A stretch of DNA of 64,000 nucleotides from a virus (taxonomy: Duplodnaviria > Caudoviricetes), in the IMG/VR virus record IMGVR_UViG_3300031993_000004, positions 64,001 to 128,000 of that record, one strand, 5' to 3'. A model generated the notes under the pieces. That model worked only from the letters and a program-made list of their open reading frames with translations. It was not told the origin of the DNA and ran no database searches. Of the stretch, positions 39,543-49,217 are shown in pieces (position 1 is the first letter of the stretch; every line of letters begins with the position of its first letter). The position numbers and the translations under genes were made by a program.

Positions 39543-41195
39543 GTGAAGGTGATTTTTGTGACTGATTACGTCATCAAAGAAATGCATAATCCTTTGTCAG
39601 GGATTCAAGTCGACCTTGGTGTTGATCAACCTCTTTGGCGTTATGTTCAGAAAGCAATACAAGATATTGAAGTTCTGAACATTTTGAATCTCTACAAATA
39701 TGACAAGGACATTCCGGCGCCATTCATTCATGTGATAAATTGGTCGTGGAATCCGCATCCGTTGGCAGAAGAAATCCAGTACCGCCGGCGTGAAACCGGC
39801 GATAAACTTTCAACAAAATCAATTGGAGACACCCGCATCGGTATTCTTGAATTTGATATCTATTGCGGCGCACGCGATAAAAATAAGAATATCGTCGAAG
39901 AAGTAGTGCACAACAAATTGTACGTCCCCATCGAGGACGAACATGGAAATTATTTGATTGAACACCAGTTGTACTCCGAGTATCAGCTGGTTGATAAGCT
40001 GCTGTATCCATCCGGTAACAATTCATTCACACTGAAGTCATTGCTTCCGGTTGTGATCAAATATGAAGAAGCAACCGAGCAATCCATGGATGGATATCTT
40101 GTCACTTCCAAAATTGGAATGGTCAAGATCTTCACAACAATGGAACCGATTCTCGCATGCTTCATGCATATCCCAGGACCGCTGTGCTATCTCGGAGTTT
40201 ACCCAGTATTACAGTTCTGTGACCATGTCCGCGAGCAGGATAAGGACGAGTATGAGTACTTCCAGCCTATTCCTGACCGCGATATTTACATCAGAGCATA
40301 CCGAAAAGGACTCGAAGAATTTGATTATGTTCGATCTATTTTGGTTATGGCAATCCCACTGATCAAGAAGTACAATCCGGAAACACTTGAGCAATTGAAT
40401 TCGCCTGAATGGTGGATTTATCAGCTGTCTTATTATGATAACATTATTGAGCATCGTGGCTCCTGTTATGAAATGCATGTTGCCCGTATGCTTGATACAA
40501 TCTCAGCAAATGTTCTTCCGATTCCTGAAATCGATAAACGGAATATGATTGCTCTGTTGCGATATGTTCTTCAAACAGAATTCACAGATGTGAACATCTA
40601 TTCATATGAGAATAAACGGTTGCGTTTGAATGAAGTCATTTCAACAATTGTTACCGCAGAAGTCTCTGAGAAGCTGAAGAAGATGTTCAAGTTCGGCCTT
40701 CTTTTGAAGATGACTGATATGCAGCCGGCTGTTAAATTCCGTCCGGAATTGATTCTGAAGAACATCTACAAACTCGGAACAGTTCATGTGACCGACTTTG
40801 CGAACGATCTTGATTATCCACAGCATCTCCGCTGGACCAAGAAAGGTCCTAATTCTCTCGGCCGTTTGGATAATCATAAGATCAACTTTGTGCACAGACA
40901 ACTTCATCCGTCCATGATCGGTTTGGTCGATCTCCTGGATTATTCAAAGGATGTCGGTCAATCTGGTATGATCTCACCGTGGGCAGATATCTCGACGATT
41001 TCAAATGTTGACATCAACAAATACCCGAATGTGAAGTATGACCTTTTCAGATTCATACAAGAAGAATTCCCGAATCCGGTCGTGCGATTCAACTGCAACA
41101 GCATCGAAGAGTACAACCGATTGTTGGATAAACTCGTTCTGAGTACATATATGAATATCACGTATCATGTACCAGGAGGAGGCGAAAGTAAGTAA
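39543..41195 (+). CDS. multisubunit phage RNA polymerase beta subunit, N-terminal part (probably non-virion RNAP)
   Basis: YSEYQLVDK and HRQLHPSMIGLVDLLDYSKDVGQSGMISP match the RNAP beta R..H.S..G..D motif region; size fits split beta of phiKZ/AR9-type phages; start may be GTG 39558. Confidence 0.8.
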   Translation: MKVIFVTDYVIKEMHNPLSGIQVDLGVDQPLWRYVQKAIQDIEVLNILNLYKYDKDIPAPFIHVINWSWNPHPLAEEIQYRRRETGDKLSTKSIGDTRIGILEFDIYCGARDKNKNIVEEVVHNKLYVPIEDEHGNYLIEHQLYSEYQLVDKLLYPSGNNSFTLKSLLPVVIKYEEATEQSMDGYLVTSKIGMVKIFTTMEPILACFMHIPGPLCYLGVYPVLQFCDHVREQDKDEYEYFQPIPDRDIYIRAYRKGLEEFDYVRSILVMAIPLIKKYNPETLEQLNSPEWWIYQLSYYDNIIEHRGSCYEMHVARMLDTISANVLPIPEIDKRNMIALLRYVLQTEFTDVNIYSYENKRLRLNEVISTIVTAEVSEKLKKMFKFGLLLKMTDMQPAVKFRPELILKNIYKLGTVHVTDFANDLDYPQHLRWTKKGPNSLGRLDNHKINFVHRQLHPSMIGLVDLLDYSKDVGQSGMISPWADISTISNVDINKYPNVKYDLFRFIQEEFPNPVVRFNCNSIEEYNRLLDKLVLSTYMNITYHVPGGGESK

Positions 41196-41746
41196 TGGCA
41201 CAACGAATCAACTATAAACTGTTCAGAGGTTCCATTGACAAACATTTGACAGTGCTTTATTCATACATTTATGAAGAAGACGGGGATTTCAGAACAATCT
41301 ATCAGCGTGAAGGAAGCACGTCTGTTACGATATCTCCATCATTCGGCGTATCGTTATCACACGGATACGGACAAGATAGCGTGTATGTCCCCGCGTCACA
41401 GTATTTCTCGTTCATAACAATGCTTGAGAAATGTGTGAAACTCGTATCTGAAAATCTGTATGAATTATTTCCAAATGTTGGTCGTTCAGAATTCGAAATC
41501 AACGCGAAAGCATTGGAACGATTCCAGACTGAAAAGGCAATGGCATCGGATGGTATCACGATGATTCCATCCGTATATGTCGATGAAACAAATCAGTGCT
41601 TCCCAGGAATTCAAATCAATACATTGAAGCACGGGAGCATCAGGATTCCACTGGAAGATGCAATCCCAATGTCGAAAATGTTCTCAACATTTGATCCGAA
41701 CGTTATGGCAATTTCAATGTTACGTATTCTCGGAAAGATCAGTTAA
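41195..41746 (+). CDS. conserved hypothetical protein coupled to RNAP gene
   Basis: 183 aa, TAATG overlap. Confidence 0.7.
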   Translation: MAQRINYKLFRGSIDKHLTVLYSYIYEEDGDFRTIYQREGSTSVTISPSFGVSLSHGYGQDSVYVPASQYFSFITMLEKCVKLVSENLYELFPNVGRSEFEINAKALERFQTEKAMASDGITMIPSVYVDETNQCFPGIQINTLKHGSIRIPLEDAIPMSKMFSTFDPNVMAISMLRILGKIS

Positions 41747-41781
41747 GAAGAGCGGGGGCAAACGCCCCCGCTTCTTTTTTC
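41745..41781. terminator. bidirectional terminator
   Basis: AGCGGGGGC-AAAC-GCCCCCGCT plus T-run. Confidence 0.75.
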
Positions 41782-43515
41782 TTACATTCTGCTTGTATTG
41801 AGGAACTGGTTTGCGAAATCATAGAAGTCTGATTTCAGAGCAGATCCAACATTGTATCCGATGTTCGCACCGTCTGATGCTGCAAGGATTGCTTTCGTAA
41901 CAAGACGCATAGAACCATTCACACGATATTTATCAACTGCACAGCATTGTGCGATGTAATCAAACATCGTGTGGTTGTTCAGCATAACAGACATCTTATC
42001 CATTGGAGACGTCATTAATGTATGCTGCAGATCAGTAACATTAATGGTCATATCAACAGATGTCGGATAACCATAAATGGACACGTCATTCCCATCCGGA
42101 TTCTTCGTAATGGTCAAACTGGTGACCAGGCCGAGACGAGTTCCGAATATACCAGGAATATTACACTGAACAAGTGGTGGATAGCTATATGATGCAGCTG
42201 AGTTCTTGGACATCGCTGGAAGAACCATACCGAGTGCAAAGAACATCGGCACCAAAATCTCTGTCAGATAAGAATATGGATCGCCGCCTGATGAACGAAG
42301 CTTTACAGTCATCGAAATCTCCGATGCATTAGATGTATGATTCTGGAAAATAAGCGGATAAATCGTATGATCGCCTTTGAATGAACGGAACATGGATGAT
42401 GCAAGTGATGCTGTGAATCTACCAGCAGAACCAAGATTTGACATGATCGATTCTGCAGTACTCACAACGTCATCAGTCAATTGCAACAGTTTATCATCGA
42501 GCGATGACGCTGTTGATGACGTGATAAACGCAATTTCATTTCCATATTCGTTACCCATGTTCAAAACAGACGAATATATTTTGGATTCTCCTGCGGAGTT
42601 TTGGTACGATTCTGTTATACCTTTCGGATCGATCATGAATGATACATATTGAGACGTATCACCATTCTGCGAATCCAACTCCTGTACAGTGCCGAGACCG
42701 GTAGTAGGTGTGATGTAACGATAGTTTGCCCACACATCGGATGCAGTATCGATCTTTGCGGTCGGACAAATGCTAAACATTTCGTCGCCAATTCGAACAG
42801 TTGCATCTTGTAAACCGAGCATGACAACCGCTGCATTGATCATCATCTTGACATTATTGATATAGGAATGCCAGTCCGAGTCAAATGTGTAGAACGGCTG
42901 TTGTACAGCCATTGATGTCAAGAATGGAGCCATCAGACGTCCACCAAACCAACCTCCGAGACTGGAATCAATCTGCTCAGATACCGTTTGCATATCAGCG
43001 CTAACATCCGTATCTTCGCCGATTTCGTCTTTCAGCAAGAATGAAAATGCGTTTGCCTTTTTGGTTTCGTAGTTCGCGGAATCATCATTACTCAACTCGC
43101 TGATGAATTTCTTGAGTTTGTTCCAGTTATCGACGAGCGTAGTCGCATTTGGTTTGAATGTTTGATTTCCGGTTGTACTATCTCCATATTTTTCCAATGC
43201 ATAAATATACTGTCCAGCTTGTGTAAGAGCCTGACGTACAGATGACATGCCACCCGTGAATCTTGCGCGACCAATAACGAAGTTTGCAACTTGTGCGTCA
43301 CGCAGAATGTGTTTCAGATAGAAATCACCAACGGGTCCTTCTCTGCCATTTGCCGCACTCATCGTGCGCATATCATTTAAGCTCGTCAACTGTGGAGGAG
43401 CTCCAAACAGTCTGGGAGAATAATTATGCAACATTGCAGTCGCTTGTTGCACTTGTGCCGGCGTCGGTTCTGCACTCGGTGTCGTTGCAGCAACTCCAGG
43501 AATGAGAAATCCCAT
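41782..43515 (-). CDS. virion structural protein (baseplate hub/tube-initiator-like)
   Basis: 577 aa; C-terminal YSYPPLVQCNIPG..LGLVTSLTITK..GYPTSVDMTINVTDL resembles tube-fold baseplate proteins. Confidence 0.5.
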   Translation of the reverse strand: MGFLIPGVAATTPSAEPTPAQVQQATAMLHNYSPRLFGAPPQLTSLNDMRTMSAANGREGPVGDFYLKHILRDAQVANFVIGRARFTGGMSSVRQALTQAGQYIYALEKYGDSTTGNQTFKPNATTLVDNWNKLKKFISELSNDDSANYETKKANAFSFLLKDEIGEDTDVSADMQTVSEQIDSSLGGWFGGRLMAPFLTSMAVQQPFYTFDSDWHSYINNVKMMINAAVVMLGLQDATVRIGDEMFSICPTAKIDTASDVWANYRYITPTTGLGTVQELDSQNGDTSQYVSFMIDPKGITESYQNSAGESKIYSSVLNMGNEYGNEIAFITSSTASSLDDKLLQLTDDVVSTAESIMSNLGSAGRFTASLASSMFRSFKGDHTIYPLIFQNHTSNASEISMTVKLRSSGGDPYSYLTEILVPMFFALGMVLPAMSKNSAASYSYPPLVQCNIPGIFGTRLGLVTSLTITKNPDGNDVSIYGYPTSVDMTINVTDLQHTLMTSPMDKMSVMLNNHTMFDYIAQCCAVDKYRVNGSMRLVTKAILAASDGANIGYNVGSALKSDFYDFANQFLNTSRM

Positions 43516-43589
43516 AACGAGACCTCCTTCTATATAGATTATTAATTTTGGGTCTACAAAAATGAAACTTATCTAAAGGAGAGGATATT

Positions 43590-44435
43590 ATGAATTTAAC
43601 ATTTGTCAATCTTCAGAAGCCTGTTTGTTCGGATGATCTTCATAAGTTTGCAGATATGCTTCTTGAGAAAGGAATCATTAATGACAAACTTCTGGAAAGT
43701 ATTTACATTCCGTTGATTGTCCGTCCTTATTCAGCGGCTCAAATGATTTATCGTGCATTCTGGTCAGAGACGTTTCTCAGACGTGATTTCAAAACCTCAT
43801 ATCAAAACAGAGGTGACGGTGGTCCTGATTGGGTTATGGATGATTTGTTTCAAGAGCTTCCGCCTGAAGCTGAAGTCCCTGTCATGATGTCGATTTCTGA
43901 ATGTATCGATTTTATCTACAAGGCAACTCCCGCAGCTCTGCAAGAGAAGATTCCGGAAAATATAAAGTCGATTCAGAATATCTGGGATCTGATGCATTAC
44001 TTCTTCTTTGAAGAGAAGGATCCGAGACTTTCAACATATAATCTCACAACATTTTATTCGGTGTTCCATATGGAAGCGTTCGAGAACCGATACAAAGCTG
44101 ATCGCAAACGTATTAAGTTTCTCCGCAGTCTGATCAAAAAATATGACATGGATAATTATGGAACACTACTTGGATGTGTTGATGCATCAACGATTGAGAT
44201 TGATAAGATCATGGAACAATCTGATTCAGATGAAACAACACCCGCATATGTTCAAATGTCATTCCACGCAAACGTTGAAGAAGACATTGAAATCTTGTAT
44301 GATTTTCTGTGTATGAACGAATTCTCAATCACAGGTGTTGAATGTGATCAGACAGGTGTATATGTATCAGCATATTGCCAATGCCTCAATCACGATATAT
44401 GCAATTTCATTAAATCGATTTATTCTAATTTATAA
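43590..44435 (+). CDS. hypothetical protein
   Basis: 281 aa, AAGGAGAGG RBS; terminator at 44438-44479. Confidence 0.7.
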   Translation: MNLTFVNLQKPVCSDDLHKFADMLLEKGIINDKLLESIYIPLIVRPYSAAQMIYRAFWSETFLRRDFKTSYQNRGDGGPDWVMDDLFQELPPEAEVPVMMSISECIDFIYKATPAALQEKIPENIKSIQNIWDLMHYFFFEEKDPRLSTYNLTTFYSVFHMEAFENRYKADRKRIKFLRSLIKKYDMDNYGTLLGCVDASTIEIDKIMEQSDSDETTPAYVQMSFHANVEEDIEILYDFLCMNEFSITGVECDQTGVYVSAYCQCLNHDICNFIKSIYSNL

Positions 44436-44671
44436 TAGTATGGGGGCCTTCGGGTCCCCATAAAATATTTTTTTATTTTCAGAGACATATATACTTTGTC
44501 TGGAATGGGAGATGCTATGCACGTGAGACATAGCTATGAAAGTATCACAGGCATGAGAGCGAATAAGTGGATTGATTCGTTTACGATATAACTGACGTCC
44601 TGTTGCGAGGACTATCAGCGGTTATAACGCTTCTACTGTGAATCTCGAATCTATTCTAAATATTAGAAAGG

Positions 44672-45823
44672 ATGGAAATACAAATGTTAAATTCCTCAAT
44701 GCTTATTGCGGGAATCGCAGGCGTGTCTGCGCTGATCGGTGTGATTGTGAATTCCGTTCGGAATGATTTCAATCGTTTCGCATTTGAGAGATATGGCTAT
44801 TATCCGGATTCAAATCGTATCCCGATGCCTCAAACTCCTCAAATGGCACCGCAGCAGTGCACATATAACTTTGCACAGAGACAGCCGATGTCGATGCCGG
44901 TACAACAGCAAATCGTTCCGCCGTGTGCACAGAACGTATATCCCCCGTCTTATCCGTGGGGTGCAAATGCATATATCGCAACGATTGCAAATATGCCGAC
45001 CGTTCAACCTCAATATCCGCAGACAGCATATCAAATGCCCGGTCCTATGATGGCACCGAAGGTATATGATTATGACTTCAATAAGCGGAATGCCATGCTT
45101 CAAGCACAAGGCATGTCACCAGGAGGTACTGTAATGCCACAGTACCAAAACCCAACATTACAGTTTGCAACCCAGAGTGGTTATCCGTGGGCGAGACAGC
45201 CTGTCATGCAGCCCCAGATGGCAATGCCTATGCAGCAGAGACCTATGGATGTCACAGAAGTTTGGGCAAACCGTAATTTCACAGTACGTCCGTTGCCGAC
45301 GTATGCACAGCAACAGCCGGTTGCACAACCTGCTCCTCAGCAGATGGCTCCCACACAGCCTACACCGCCGGCCCCGGTAATCCCGCGACCCGCGAACGGA
45401 TGCCCGCTTCCGCAGCAGCCGATCTTTAAGACTCCGCCGCAGATGTGGGAGATGCCGGCAAAACCGGTATTCCCAAAGCAGCTGCAGTCCACACCGTCTG
45501 CACCGAAGTCGGCGTTTCCTCCGCTGACACAGATTGTTGATTCGACGCCAAGTACGCCAAGCAGTCTCGGACCTATCGGTGAAACCATGTTTGATTCCAT
45601 TCTGCTGAATCAAGCAAATACACGACCGGATCCGAATGCTGAGATTCCGGCACCAGATCCGGATATGCCAATCGAAATGGTCGATGATTCCAACATGCCA
45701 AAGTTGTCTGAGATTCGTGAAAGGAACGCTGCCGCCGCCGCGAAAGCACTCGCGGAAGAAGAAGCAGCAAAACAAAAAGCCAGCAACAACACAGGCAAAA
45801 CAAATAAAGAACCCAAAGGTTAA
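44672..45823 (+). CDS. Pro/Gln-rich disordered protein with N-terminal membrane helix
   Basis: MLIAGIAGVSALIGVIV followed by P/Q/M-rich low-complexity sequence. Confidence 0.7.
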   Translation: MEIQMLNSSMLIAGIAGVSALIGVIVNSVRNDFNRFAFERYGYYPDSNRIPMPQTPQMAPQQCTYNFAQRQPMSMPVQQQIVPPCAQNVYPPSYPWGANAYIATIANMPTVQPQYPQTAYQMPGPMMAPKVYDYDFNKRNAMLQAQGMSPGGTVMPQYQNPTLQFATQSGYPWARQPVMQPQMAMPMQQRPMDVTEVWANRNFTVRPLPTYAQQQPVAQPAPQQMAPTQPTPPAPVIPRPANGCPLPQQPIFKTPPQMWEMPAKPVFPKQLQSTPSAPKSAFPPLTQIVDSTPSTPSSLGPIGETMFDSILLNQANTRPDPNAEIPAPDPDMPIEMVDDSNMPKLSEIRERNAAAAAKALAEEEAAKQKASNNTGKTNKEPKG

Positions 45824-45887
45824 TACAACCATTTACATTGATCGGATAGAGTCAGGCTATCTGATCACGTAAATAGTAGAGGAGGTC

Positions 45888-46307
45888 ATGACAATGATGG
45901 AAAATCCGGCAGTGGCTCAGGTATTTGATGGTATCGGTGCAGTTGTCGATGGCGGTCGCGCAATCGCAAACATGGCAACGAACACATTTGATATTCTGAG
46001 CAATATCGGTAATCCACAAGGCGGTGGTGGTCTGTTCTCCAGACGTGACTACAACTATCAGGCACCGCAACAGCAGATGCAGTATCAGCCGTCCACATAT
46101 CCGTGGGCAACCAGCCCGAATGTATACGGCGGATATCAAATGCAGCCGCAGGGAATCGTCGGCTATCCTGGTATCACGAATCCGAATTATGGTCATCCCG
46201 GATTTTACACCGGAACATTCAACCAGAACAATTCGGGATTGTGGTCATATAATAACCAGAATGCAAGCTCCAGCATGCCCACATGGGTCAACCAGATCTG
46301 GAGGTAA
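45888..46307 (+). CDS. Gly/Gln/Asn/Tyr-rich low-complexity protein
   Basis: 139 aa, GAGGAGG RBS. Confidence 0.7.
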   Translation: MTMMENPAVAQVFDGIGAVVDGGRAIANMATNTFDILSNIGNPQGGGGLFSRRDYNYQAPQQQMQYQPSTYPWATSPNVYGGYQMQPQGIVGYPGITNPNYGHPGFYTGTFNQNNSGLWSYNNQNASSSMPTWVNQIWR

Positions 46308-46313
46308 TGGATT

Positions 46314-46682
46314 ATGTTGTTCGGTCAGTTTTGCAAACAGTTTGCAAGCAATGAGTTGATCACGGAACCTTTCACAGATGCCGAAACGGCTTCGGATGAT
46401 ATCAAAGCTCGCGCACAAGTGCTTTGCGACATCATGAAGCCGAAGATGGATATTCTGGATAAAGTTGAAGTGGTGTTCATTGAAGCAGCTCTTCAGGACC
46501 CGGAGTATGTTGAGTCAACGCTGGCACAATATAATCAAGGCGATATTCCGGACTATTTGTTCAAGAAATTCTCAGAGACGCTGTATCAGACACCTTTTCA
46601 GGAGTTGACATTAGAGCAGCAATCTATAATTAAAACCTTGAGCGCGTACATCTGTGTATCCGCCCAGGGTTCTAATAAATAA
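46314..46682 (+). CDS. hypothetical protein
   Basis: 122 aa in operon. Confidence 0.65.
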   Translation: MLFGQFCKQFASNELITEPFTDAETASDDIKARAQVLCDIMKPKMDILDKVEVVFIEAALQDPEYVESTLAQYNQGDIPDYLFKKFSETLYQTPFQELTLEQQSIIKTLSAYICVSAQGSNK

Positions 46683-46705
46683 CTTTCACGAGGAGGAAAA
46701 TCCAA

Positions 46706-47365
46706 ATGGCAACAAAAGCGAATCTCAAAAATCTTCCGGTTGAGCATTTCCAGGTGACGTCATCTGACATCGTCACGTACCTGCAGAACCAGCTGGGATT
46801 CCGGTTCGACTGTGACTTCCAGCTGTGGGATAACAGAGCTGAATGGGAGAAGCCGATGTCCGTGCATAAGTGCTACGTCATCATGCGCGCAATCTTCAGA
46901 AGTGAGGATATTCGCGTCAATGATCAGATTCAGTCTTATGTCGATCAGGTTCTCGAAGACAGCGCTGCAGGCATCCGCTTCAAGGACAATGTCATCAATG
47001 TGCTGAAGCCGTTCATGTTCCCGGAGAACTTCGCAACCGTCCGTCAGAATCCGGAGAAGCTCCAGCAGCTCGCGGAAATGGGCATCTACGGTGATCGTCT
47101 TGAGAGACTGATTCGTCGTCCGGGTCTGTTCTATGATCAGCAGACCAAGCGCTTCGGTCTGTATCTGCGTCCTGAGCTGATTATCAAGGACATGGCAGCA
47201 GATCCCGCAACAAACAAGACCGATGGCGTTATGGCATTCGGTTATGTCTCTGACGCATCTGGTAATGCTGCAGCAATCAGCTGGGGTGTCAACCTGTATC
47301 ACGGTCTGCACGCAAACAATGGTGGTATTTCCATCGATGCCGTCTTCAACAACGTACAGGCGTAA
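46706..47365 (+). CDS. hypothetical protein, probably highly expressed
   Basis: 219 aa, GAGGAGG RBS, C-ending codon bias. Confidence 0.75.
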   Translation: MATKANLKNLPVEHFQVTSSDIVTYLQNQLGFRFDCDFQLWDNRAEWEKPMSVHKCYVIMRAIFRSEDIRVNDQIQSYVDQVLEDSAAGIRFKDNVINVLKPFMFPENFATVRQNPEKLQQLAEMGIYGDRLERLIRRPGLFYDQQTKRFGLYLRPELIIKDMAADPATNKTDGVMAFGYVSDASGNAAAISWGVNLYHGLHANNGGISIDAVFNNVQA

Positions 47366-47449
47366 TTTGTTTGCGCAAACAAATTCAAAATATGATGAGT
47401 GGTGGGATTCGTCCCACCACTCCTCTCATATTTTTTGGAGGTGAAACGT

Positions 47450-48514
47450 ATGTCTATTCTGGAAATCAATGAAATGATCGACATGATGGAAGACCATTTC
47501 TCTACGAACTGGGGTATTCGAAATCATATGATGACTGTCGGTGGTGTAGCAGGCACACAGATATTCCAATATGCAATTGATGCTGCTTTGCGATATCATG
47601 ATATCAGCAAGATTCTGATTGTGGATGGATGTCAGGATTATATCGGTTTGCTCAGAAAGCCAATGCATAATTATGTATACTACATGGATCTATTCCAGAC
47701 AGTTCGAATTCAACAGATTGAGAAACAACTAAATCCATTTCATGACTTCCCAATGGAATTGCCGTGTTATTATCGGAAAACACTCATGGATCATCTGATC
47801 AACGGATACGATGCAATGATTATACAGAATGCACATCTGATTCCACCGGAATGCATTCAAGCATTTGATTCTTTTTTCTGTGGAAAGATCGTATGTATCA
47901 TCGATCCACTTGATTTCAATGGAAATGATTTCTGTGCAATCCCGACATTGTATGATTCTCTGACAAAACAATCACCAATGATTGCATTGGCACGCTCTAT
48001 GTATGATATTGATTCACGTTGTATCGATAGAAAGGTCAAAGGAGACTTTAAACGAGCGAAAATGTCGAAACGAAGCATCGGAAAGATCGACACGAATCAA
48101 TATGTAACCAACTCTCCGGACGTATTGAAACAAATACAGGCGAAACAGTTCCATGCGCCATACAGAAAGAATCAGAAGTTTATCGTTGCAACAGATGAAA
48201 TCACCGTTTTCAAAGATCAAAACGATGCTCTCATCAATGTTGGACCTGGTTCAATGTTTTCAATCATGTCTGTTACAAAGCCAATGCTTCGTTTGCGGCT
48301 TCATTCATCAAGAAGCCAATTTTATTCGACGTTGTCATACCGTCATACGGATATGGCGCTTTATGTCAAGCCTGCAAATATAATATCAATAGAGGACGCT
48401 GTACACCATAGATTTAATTCACTGATTGTGGTAATGGGTGACCAACCCATGTCAAATAGGTTATGGTATTCTCTTTTGAAGATAGCGAATAACGTAACAG
48501 TTGTAGACTTCTAA
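47450..48514 (+). CDS. degenerate RecD/Dda-like SF1B helicase
   Basis: Motif order retained but altered: TVGGVAGTQIF (Walker A), AMIIQNAH (DE), IIDPLD, ANIISIEDAVHHRF, RLWYSLLKIA; start moved to ATG 47450. Confidence 0.55.
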   Translation: MSILEINEMIDMMEDHFSTNWGIRNHMMTVGGVAGTQIFQYAIDAALRYHDISKILIVDGCQDYIGLLRKPMHNYVYYMDLFQTVRIQQIEKQLNPFHDFPMELPCYYRKTLMDHLINGYDAMIIQNAHLIPPECIQAFDSFFCGKIVCIIDPLDFNGNDFCAIPTLYDSLTKQSPMIALARSMYDIDSRCIDRKVKGDFKRAKMSKRSIGKIDTNQYVTNSPDVLKQIQAKQFHAPYRKNQKFIVATDEITVFKDQNDALINVGPGSMFSIMSVTKPMLRLRLHSSRSQFYSTLSYRHTDMALYVKPANIISIEDAVHHRFNSLIVVMGDQPMSNRLWYSLLKIANNVTVVDF

Positions 48515-48527
48515 TGGGGGCATACAT

Positions 48528-49217
48528 ATGTTATTTTTTGCCAAAAGGCGTGCTCAAAAAGAACGTGAGTTGAAAGACAAGCTTGCGTTGCATTCATTTG
48601 CAACAGTTGTCACAAGTATTGTGTCAGGTATGCACAATCTTGACAAATTGATGCAAAAGATGATGAACGCAGGTGATATATCATACGATTCAGCATTGGT
48701 TGTATATCGGTCATGTGAAGATTTATTTGCGTTGCTCGATATCTATCGGAATAACAAATACTATCATCATTGTTTTGACAATTTGCTCGAGAAGGGTATC
48801 GAGTCAATTAAACGAAGTGCATCACGTCTCAAAGATCTAACAGAGAATTCGCGAATCATGTATGAGAATTATAAACTCACTCGCAATGGTTTGGATACAT
48901 ATAAGGATCAGACCGAGATCGATGTTGATCGCGAAACACTTGAGGACATTCATCAACGATTGATGACATTAATGATGGAACATCATCAGGTGGTGTTTGA
49001 AATCAGGTTGACACAAATTGAGTTACGCTCAGTAATGAACGCAGTACGTGGTATTGTTGTTCGTGATTACATCACGATCAAAAGCGGAATTAACATTCCA
49101 TTATTATACGAAGATTACGAAACTCTTGTCAATAATCATTTAAAGCAAGAGATTCTGTTCGATAAAGTTGAGATACAGAAGATCTCTGCAAATAAAGGAG
49201 GAAAAGAACATGAATGA
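48528..49217 (+). CDS. hypothetical helical protein
   Basis: 229 aa ORF in operon. Confidence 0.65.
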   Translation: MLFFAKRRAQKERELKDKLALHSFATVVTSIVSGMHNLDKLMQKMMNAGDISYDSALVVYRSCEDLFALLDIYRNNKYYHHCFDNLLEKGIESIKRSASRLKDLTENSRIMYENYKLTRNGLDTYKDQTEIDVDRETLEDIHQRLMTLMMEHHQVVFEIRLTQIELRSVMNAVRGIVVRDYITIKSGINIPLLYEDYETLVNNHLKQEILFDKVEIQKISANKGGKEHE

